From a bacterium (lineage in GTDB: Bacteria > SZUA-182 > DTGQ01), in assembly GCA_040752695.1 (NCBI GenBank), contig JBFMGO010000093.1, positions 1 to 24,102 of the forward strand: DNA of 24,102 nt. The letters run 5' to 3'. Of this stretch, positions 17,759 through 24,102 are shown piece after piece; the stretch's first letter is position 1; each line of letters starts with the position of its first letter. A program made the translations under genes and the position numbers. Below the pieces are notes generated by a model. It saw only the letters and a program-made list of their open reading frames with translations. It was not told the DNA's origin and did not search any database.

Positions 17759-19225
17759 TCATGCGCCTGGTCCCTGTCCACAGCCCTGGACCCGTATAAT
17801 GACAGTTGTCAGCTCACCTTTTTGGCTCTTTATCTCGATACTCCCTCCATGATCTAAAATGATCTTCTGTACGATAGCCAATCCCAGCCCCGCGCCTTTC
17901 TCTTTGGTGGTAAAAAACGGCTCGAACAGTCTGGCCAGGGTTTCACCGGAAATCCCGGGGCCATTATCACTGATCCTGATTTCTAGCAGGCCATCTTTAT
18001 TTTCCGATTGAACCGTAATCTTTCCCCTGGTAACACCGTCTTGCTGTAGTGCTTGCAGTGAATTTTTGAATACATTGACGAATACCCGCTTAAACTGCTC
18101 CGGGTCGACAGAAATTTTTGTGTGGGATTCGACCATGGACTCAAAACCTACTGCTGCTCCTTCAAACTCCAGGGCCAGCGTGAAATAGGCCGCCTGGATC
18201 AGTTCCTCCAAAGGAACCTCTTTTTTCTGAGGTGGCTTGGGCTTAGCAAATTCAAGGAATTCGGTAATAATCTGGTTCAGCTTTTTCACCTCTTTGGTGA
18301 TTTTCTCAAGATGTGCCTTGGCAGCAGGAATAGTGACTGTCAAAGAGCTTTGCTGGTCCTCCGCCTGCCCGAGCTCTTCAGCGAGAATGCCGGCGAATAA
18401 TTCTATGCCGCCCAGCGGATTGCGGATCTCATGAGCCACATTGGCGAGCATAAGTTTCATTTGCGCGTCTCTTTTTAGAATATTCAGACGCATCTGTTCT
18501 ATCGTCATTCCCAAAAACCCTATCTCATCATTAGCCCGAACCTTGATTTCAGTCTTAAAATCACCTGAACCGATGTTCTCGATAGCGGCCACCAATTTGT
18601 GAATCGGATTGGTTATTGTCTTGGATACAACATAACCGATAGCCAGACTGATGAGGATACAGGCTAATCCGAAAGTCAGTACATTGCGTCGAAACCTTTT
18701 CAAAATATGGAGAAAGGCTGCACTGGCATCTACTCCTATTATTGCAACAACCGTGCCATCAACCAGGATCGGTGCATATCCCGACTTATAATAATTCCCA
18801 TCACCTCCTAAAAACAAAACCGAAGCCATGCCTTTTTTCTGCCAGACGCTTTCAAGCTCCAGGCGATCGAATTTCAGTTTCAGATATTCCGTTCCGATCG
18901 GAACTGCGGGCTGTGTGTCTACCAGGCTGCGGTTGTTTTTATCGAAAATATAAACCCGCTTGATGGCAATTTTTTCCTTGATCTGATTCAGCCGGGAAAC
19001 CAGGCTGCGGTAGGTCAAGCCGGACTCATTGCCGGGAGCAAGCTGCATGACGATATCTCCATCCAGGTGAAGGGCGATGGTTTGGGCGATATCGACCAAA
19101 CGCCGGCTTAACTCTCTGTCCAGATAATATTCCGTATGCCGGTAAAAATACCAGCCGCATACAAGAATTGCTGAAAAGATCAATAACCCGAAAGTCATAG
19201 CCAATTTATTGCTTATTTTATGCAT
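17759..19225 (-). CDS. Membrane sensor histidine kinase (2 TM, Cache-like periplasmic domain, HAMP, HisKA, HATPase)
   Basis: Two TM helices; SGYAPI...VAIIGVDAS; HAMP DEIGFLG; H-box AHEIRNPLGGI; N-box NVFKNS; DNGPGI; FEPFFTTKEKGAGLGL. Confidence 0.95.
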   Translation of the reverse strand: MHKISNKLAMTFGLLIFSAILVCGWYFYRHTEYYLDRELSRRLVDIAQTIALHLDGDIVMQLAPGNESGLTYRSLVSRLNQIKEKIAIKRVYIFDKNNRSLVDTQPAVPIGTEYLKLKFDRLELESVWQKKGMASVLFLGGDGNYYKSGYAPILVDGTVVAIIGVDASAAFLHILKRFRRNVLTFGLACILISLAIGYVVSKTITNPIHKLVAAIENIGSGDFKTEIKVRANDEIGFLGMTIEQMRLNILKRDAQMKLMLANVAHEIRNPLGGIELFAGILAEELGQAEDQQSSLTVTIPAAKAHLEKITKEVKKLNQIITEFLEFAKPKPPQKKEVPLEELIQAAYFTLALEFEGAAVGFESMVESHTKISVDPEQFKRVFVNVFKNSLQALQQDGVTRGKITVQSENKDGLLEIRISDNGPGISGETLARLFEPFFTTKEKGAGLGLAIVQKIILDHGGSIEIKSQKGELTTVIIRVQGCGQGPGA

Positions 19226-19384
19226 TTTGTGTTGCCTGTTTTATGCATTTTATATTGAGTCGTATAGGTAAGAGTAAATTTGTGGAGGTAAATGATCAAG
19301 GAGTCTGTCCGAGAATGGAAATTTTAATTTTTTGTATACGATGGGTAATGTAATGAGACCCCCCGGGCTCAATTTGCCCACCCG

Positions 19385-19414
19385 CGTCATTCTGAACGAA
19401 AGCTTAGAATCCAG
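19385..19414. repeat. REP-like short palindromic element
   Basis: CGTCATTCTGAACGAAAGCTTAGAATCCAG resembles GTCATTCTGA...GAATC-type REP hairpins; only one copy is present in the window. Confidence 0.35.
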
Positions 19415-19670
19415 TTACCCCTCAATATTCGATTAACAGGGTACTAGCCCTTGAGGAATTCATAAGGCGGAGAAAGGCAAAAAAAATTGCTGGAACTTGA
19501 GGGATATGATTCCACCTCTCTTGAGTTAGCCGTATAGGTATAGAGTTTATTGATTGGACGATAATCATTTAGTACCGTCCCGTACTTCATACAAGGTATG
19601 CAAACTTGTCTCCTAATTACTCAAGGGCTTGCACAGGTACCAAGTCAAGACCAATTCACTTCGGTTCACT

Positions 19671-21749
19671 TCAATGTAAATAACCTAAAGATTTCAGCCT
19701 TTGGATTACTGCTTTATCCTGATTGATTTGTATTTTCCTCTGCATGCTGTAATATTCTTCGTATTTACTTAACATTTCACGGTTTTGTTTTAAAATTTTC
19801 CGTGCTTCTTGAACCTTATCAGGGGATATGAAGGTAAGTGAGAATTGCTCACCTGGATCATGAGCCAGATTGTACAGCTCTTCTTTGTCTGTTACTAGAT
19901 GGTGAATGTATTTCATATCATCATACATCATAGACTCACGATCTCCGTAGTAAAGAACCCCTGTGCTTATTATTGGCTGATCGCCATAGCTGTCAGGATC
20001 TGGTCCCCACAGAGGAGTGAGAGGGACTGAGGAGACAGAATCCTTTTTATAACCAATGCTTGCAAGGTCCAGAACGGTAGGCATGATATTTTGTATAGGA
20101 ACTGGCTTATCTATTTGCTTTTTTCCTGCGCAGGAGGGAAGTTTTATTATCAGAGGAACATGGAGCAGCTCGTTGTATACTGTGTGACCATGCTCGAAGT
20201 TATCGTGTTCCCAAAATTCCTCCCCATGATCACTGGTAAAAATAATGAGCGAGTCATCATATAGTTTCATCTCTTTGAGAGATGTAAGAAGCTTGCCAAT
20301 GTTCTTATCGATAGAGCGAACCTCTCCGAGATATAAATCCCTTATTTCTGCTCGTTCAGATAACGTTGGAGCAAAATGTCCTCCACGGATATTGAGCAGA
20401 AAAAAATCATCTATGACCGATAACGGTGATTTTCCTGGAGGCAGGCAATCCCTGGGTGGGTCGTATGGTAAATGCGCATCAAAGTAATGCACCCAAAGAA
20501 AGAAGTCTTTTTCATGGTTTTGGTTTGATTCAAGCCAGTTAATAGCGATTTTATTTAAGTCAGAAGCTGACATTTTGGGGGGGTAAGAAGTTGGGGAAAG
20601 CCGCCCCAGGATTTGCCCCCCTATACACTTTAAAGCCCATAATTTGGGAAAAAAGTTATAGGTCGAAAAGCCTTGAGATACATTTGCCATAGGGTTAAGA
20701 AACATATTCGATCCGATGGCCATAGTCAGATATCCGTCATTCTGCATATATTCAGCTAAGGTGGTGAATGAATCCGAGAGCTTGCAGTCAGCCCCTATGG
20801 TTTTATGAACAAACGGAGAAATGCCTGTCATAATCGAAACAACGGATGGTAAAGTCCAGGGTGCGGATGAAATAGCCTTTTTAAAAAGAATCCCATCTTC
20901 GGCTAATTGATCAATGTGAGGAGTATGTACATCCTGGGAGCCATAGCATGAGAGCGCGTCAGCCCGTAATGTGTCAGCGATGATTAATATCACGTGTTTC
21001 ATCCGGTGATTTTTGCTGGTATGTTTATCTGAAAACCGTAACGCCATATGTTTGAAGATCGATACTGAAAGCGGGCTCAAGATAATGAAGATTGCGTACA
21101 CTGCCCACAGTTTCCTCAGAGTGTTTTTTTGCTTTATACGGGCACATAAGCCAAGCGTAAGAAGAGTAATGAAAAGATAAGCAAAGGTAAACAGCAAAGA
21201 TTGGCTTGAAAAATATGAGTCAATCCACCATCTTTTCTGTAAACTGACAAACAGGATCGTTTCGGCAAATATAAAGGGAAACGCTGATGTGAAAATGGGA
21301 GCGGCATCTTTACGTGATTTATAAGCAATGGCTTTGCTGGCCAGGAAGACCCACACCAAAACGAAAAAGACGGTATTGACAAATATCGATAAATCATGCA
21401 CCGGTATCGAAAGGTGTGGCAGTCGTCTGAGGATAGGTACGATATATTGAACCAACAGGTCATACGGAGATGCAAGTGTAAAAACGGTTCCCAAAAACAG
21501 CGCCATTGCTGAGAAAGATGTTATCTCCTCAACTCTTAAAGAGCGCTTCACATATGTTGCCAGCGATCTTAACGCTATGACAATAAAAAAATAAACACCT
21601 ATGGTTAATAGAAGCGGGGTTATGATTGATATAAAAGGGATAAATCCGGATGGTTCAAACAAAATATTTATTGCAAGTTCGATGAATCCCAGAGAAAGAC
21701 CAAAAATAAAACTGATGATAATAAGCTCTTTATTTTTCCTTTTTATCAT
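19671..21749 (-). CDS. Membrane-bound sulfatase-like hydrolase/transferase (alkaline phosphatase superfamily)
   Basis: About 7 N-terminal TM helices; VILIIADTLRADAL; SAPWTLPSVVSIMTG; FFLWVHYFDAHLPY; FTSDHGEEFWEH; ELLHVPLII; ELYNLAHDPGE; LKSLGY. Confidence 0.88.
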   Translation of the reverse strand: MIKRKNKELIIISFIFGLSLGFIELAINILFEPSGFIPFISIITPLLLTIGVYFFIVIALRSLATYVKRSLRVEEITSFSAMALFLGTVFTLASPYDLLVQYIVPILRRLPHLSIPVHDLSIFVNTVFFVLVWVFLASKAIAYKSRKDAAPIFTSAFPFIFAETILFVSLQKRWWIDSYFSSQSLLFTFAYLFITLLTLGLCARIKQKNTLRKLWAVYAIFIILSPLSVSIFKHMALRFSDKHTSKNHRMKHVILIIADTLRADALSCYGSQDVHTPHIDQLAEDGILFKKAISSAPWTLPSVVSIMTGISPFVHKTIGADCKLSDSFTTLAEYMQNDGYLTMAIGSNMFLNPMANVSQGFSTYNFFPKLWALKCIGGQILGRLSPTSYPPKMSASDLNKIAINWLESNQNHEKDFFLWVHYFDAHLPYDPPRDCLPPGKSPLSVIDDFFLLNIRGGHFAPTLSERAEIRDLYLGEVRSIDKNIGKLLTSLKEMKLYDDSLIIFTSDHGEEFWEHDNFEHGHTVYNELLHVPLIIKLPSCAGKKQIDKPVPIQNIMPTVLDLASIGYKKDSVSSVPLTPLWGPDPDSYGDQPIISTGVLYYGDRESMMYDDMKYIHHLVTDKEELYNLAHDPGEQFSLTFISPDKVQEARKILKQNREMLSKYEEYYSMQRKIQINQDKAVIQRLKSLGYLH

Positions 21750-21875
21750 AATATTATAATTATATCTTGTTTGAATAAGGTTCTAAACAAATTTGCCTTT
21801 TCAATAGATATCAACAATACATCAACAACATACCCGCTCTTCAATTTACCTGTCTTTTTCGGTAAATATTCACTA

Positions 21876-21904
21876 ACATTACAGTATGGCAATTACCATG
21901 TCAA
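21876..21904 (-). promoter_or_regulatory. Candidate sigma70 promoter for the sulfatase-like gene
   Basis: Minus strand TTGACA-N17-TAATGT. Confidence 0.4.
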
Positions 21905-22046
21905 CCATTTTTCCCGATTGATGACAATTATTTTCCGTTCATGTCAAGGATTGCCATTTCACGCTGAAAATGGGGTTGCCGAAATCAAACTTTTATATTA
22001 TGATAGGGTTTTGGGCTTTGTTTGCATCCCTTCAAAATGAGGTAAT

Positions 22047-22304
22047 GGATAATCTGAAACGAATAATTTGAACTGAATAATCTGAAAATGAAATAATTTG
22101 AAACGGATAACCTAAAACAAATAGCCTGAAACGGATAACCTAAAACAAATAGCCTGAAACAGATAGCCTGAAACAGATAGCCTGAAACAGATAGCCTGAA
22201 ACAGATAGCCTGAAACAGATAGCCTGAAAGCAAAGAGCCTTGAAATAAATTATCCTGCAATGAATAACCCTGCAATGAATAACCTGAAATGAGTTATCTG
22301 AAAC
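22047..22304. repeat. 14-bp minisatellite, about 18 units, directly upstream of rlmD
   Basis: Core AGATAGCCTGAAAC, four exact copies at 22161-22216, with progressively degenerate 14-16 bp units on both sides and no spacers. Confidence 0.92.
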
Positions 22305-22313
22305 GAAAAAAAT

Positions 22314-23624
22314 ATGAACAGTGGAGAGATAAAAGAAATAACAATTGAGACCATGGTTCATGGCGGTGATGGACTGGGCCGGATCGACGGATGTATTGTC
22401 TTTGTGCCGAAGACAGCGCCGGGAGATCACTTACGGGTTCGCATCACCTCGGTCGAAAACGACTACGCCAGGGCGGAAGTCGCCGAAATCATTGAGCCTT
22501 CTCCTTCGCGTATTTCCCCCGTATGCGAGTCATTTGGAGAATGTGGAGGATGTCAGTGGCAGCACATAAGCTATGAAGATCAATTACAGGCCAAAACTGA
22601 AATCGTGCGCCAATCGCTGGTCAGAGAGGGGAAGATAAGCGAATTTCAGTTGCAGCCGATCATTCCTTCCCCCCAAAAGTTTCACTACCGCCACCGCATG
22701 CAGTTCAGTGTGAATCATCGGGACCGTGTCCCCCACATCGGGCTTCATCGGGAAAAAACCCATGATCTGATCGAAATGGAGACATGTCACCTGGCCCATC
22801 CGCTTATCAATTCCTTCCTTGACCGGATGAGAAAGCTGTTTCTGCACCATGATAACCGGTTCATCCAGGGAATCGATCTTACGGTGGATGGGGAAGGGAA
22901 AAGGCTCCTTCTGGTTTTTCATTTCAAGCGGGGAGACGAGGCGGAACAAACGCAGCTCTACAGGCTGATAAAAGAGTCCCTGCCTGAAGTGACCGGTGCG
23001 GTGTTGCGGTCCGAGGAGTATAAAAAGTCCAGGACCGTTCTGATCGATGGCCAGCAGATGCTATACCCGACAATCGGCTTTCATCTCTTTATCGGTCCCG
23101 AGACTTTTATCCAGGTCAATTGTGAGGGAAACAAGGTGCTGGCCCAAACCGTATTGCGCCAGATAGCTGAAGCGACAGGAGGAAAGCGGGTGAATATCCT
23201 TGAATTGCACTGCGGAGCAGGCAATTTTACCCTACCCGCATCCAGACTGGCCAAAGAACTGGTTGGAGTCGAAAGTTGCCCGGCCAGTATCGAGCTCGGC
23301 CGCAAAAGCATCTGGACATCAGGCATTACCAATACGCAGCTTTTCAGCAAAAGTGATCTCAAAGGGGTGAAATTCCTGATCCGTGCCAACCGCTCTTTTG
23401 ACCTCCTCCTGATGGACCCGCCCAGATGCGGCTGCAAGGAGATCCTGGAGTATATTCCTCAACTGGGAGTTAATCATATCGTTTATGTTTCCTGCAATCC
23501 TCCGACTCTGGCCAGGGACTTAGGGACCTTAGCCCTTCTTGGATATCGGGTTGATACGGTTCAGCCAATCGACATGTTCCCCCAAACCCACCACGTAGAG
23601 TGTGTGGCCAGATTAAGCAGATAA
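22314..23624 (+). CDS. rlmD: 23S rRNA (uracil-C5)-methyltransferase RlmD/RumA
   Basis: TRAM domain (HGGDGLGR...VFVP..APGD); [4Fe-4S] motif CESFGECGGCQWQH; FIQVN; ELHCGAGNF; DPPR; YVSCNPPTLARD; DMFPQTHHVE. Confidence 0.93.
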   Translation: MNSGEIKEITIETMVHGGDGLGRIDGCIVFVPKTAPGDHLRVRITSVENDYARAEVAEIIEPSPSRISPVCESFGECGGCQWQHISYEDQLQAKTEIVRQSLVREGKISEFQLQPIIPSPQKFHYRHRMQFSVNHRDRVPHIGLHREKTHDLIEMETCHLAHPLINSFLDRMRKLFLHHDNRFIQGIDLTVDGEGKRLLLVFHFKRGDEAEQTQLYRLIKESLPEVTGAVLRSEEYKKSRTVLIDGQQMLYPTIGFHLFIGPETFIQVNCEGNKVLAQTVLRQIAEATGGKRVNILELHCGAGNFTLPASRLAKELVGVESCPASIELGRKSIWTSGITNTQLFSKSDLKGVKFLIRANRSFDLLLMDPPRCGCKEILEYIPQLGVNHIVYVSCNPPTLARDLGTLALLGYRVDTVQPIDMFPQTHHVECVARLSR

Positions 23625-23661
23625 AGAGCGGATACATAGCAAATGAAAAGCAGATAATAAT

Positions 23662-24102
23662 ATGGATGAAGAAAAAAAAGCAGAAACAAGGCAAGAAATA
23701 AAGGAAGAACTAAGGCAAGAAGAACTAAAGCAAGAAGAACTAAAGCAAGCAATAGGGGATGAAAGAGGGGAGGAAGCAAGGGAAAAACAGAAAGACGAAA
23801 CAGGGCAAGAGCAGAAAGACGGAAAAACGCAAGACCGGCCAAAACTGTATCTGATTGACGGAAATTCCTACATCTACCGTGCCTTTTACGCTATTCCCCA
23901 TTTGTCTACCTCAAAGGGAACTCCCACCAGCGCCATCTATGGTTTTGTCACGATGCTGCTGCGGGTAATCAAGGAGGACCAGCCCAACTATCTGGCCGTG
24001 GCCTTTGATGCCAAAGGCCCCACTTTTCGCCACGAGTCCTTCAGCGTGTACAAATGCAACCGGCCCCAGATGCCGGATGATCTGGTGGTTCAGATTCCCT
24101 CC
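23662..24102 (+). CDS. polA: DNA polymerase I, 5'-3' exonuclease end (3'-truncated; absent from the ORF track)
   Basis: Translated by hand: MDEEKK...KLYLIDGNSYIYRAFYAIPHLSTSKGTPTSAIYGFVTMLLRVIKEDQPNYLAVAFDAKGPTFRHESFSVYKCNRPQMPDDLVVQIP. A stand-alone flap endonuclease cannot be excluded from this fragment. Confidence 0.88.
   Translation, partial: MDEEKKAETRQEIKEELRQEELKQEELKQAIGDERGEEAREKQKDETGQEQKDGKTQDRPKLYLIDGNSYIYRAFYAIPHLSTSKGTPTSAIYGFVTMLLRVIKEDQPNYLAVAFDAKGPTFRHESFSVYKCNRPQMPDDLVVQIPS

Noticed and set aside
19599..19614. Sigma54 promoter for the kinase (minus strand AGGAGACAAGTTTGCA)
   Set aside because: Spacing fits but the -24 element is a poor match.
22047..22304. CRISPR array, or the two 96-aa ORFs reading through the repeat
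   Set aside because: Units are contiguous 14-mers with no spacers and no cas genes nearby; the ORFs are translations of the repeat in shifting frames.

Overview
Chromosomal window from a probable diderm bacterium (inferred from an outer-membrane beta-barrel gene; taxonomy cannot be set from sequence alone). From left to right it holds: a 5'-truncated metzincin-like metalloprotease with C-terminal cohesin and dockerin domains, convergent with an immune-inhibitor-A (M6) protease; a heptad-repeat coiled-coil protein; a class II CPD photolyase; a sirtuin closely resembling eukaryotic class I (SIRT2/Hst2); an orphan Rieske-like protein with a His-to-Tyr ligand change; and an alpha/beta hydrolase. 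Next is a minus-strand module of histidine kinase, sigma54 response regulator, exported coiled-coil protein and beta-barrel, followed by a sigma54 promoter, a long leader and a secreted protein with five DUF333 domains. The window ends with a membrane-bound sulfatase-like enzyme, rlmD and the 5' end of polA. The best candidate for an undescribed system is the two-component/coiled-coil/barrel/sigma54/DUF333 module. Short tandem duplications are frequent at gene junctions and inside proteins. No tRNA, rRNA, CRISPR array or transposase was recognised.
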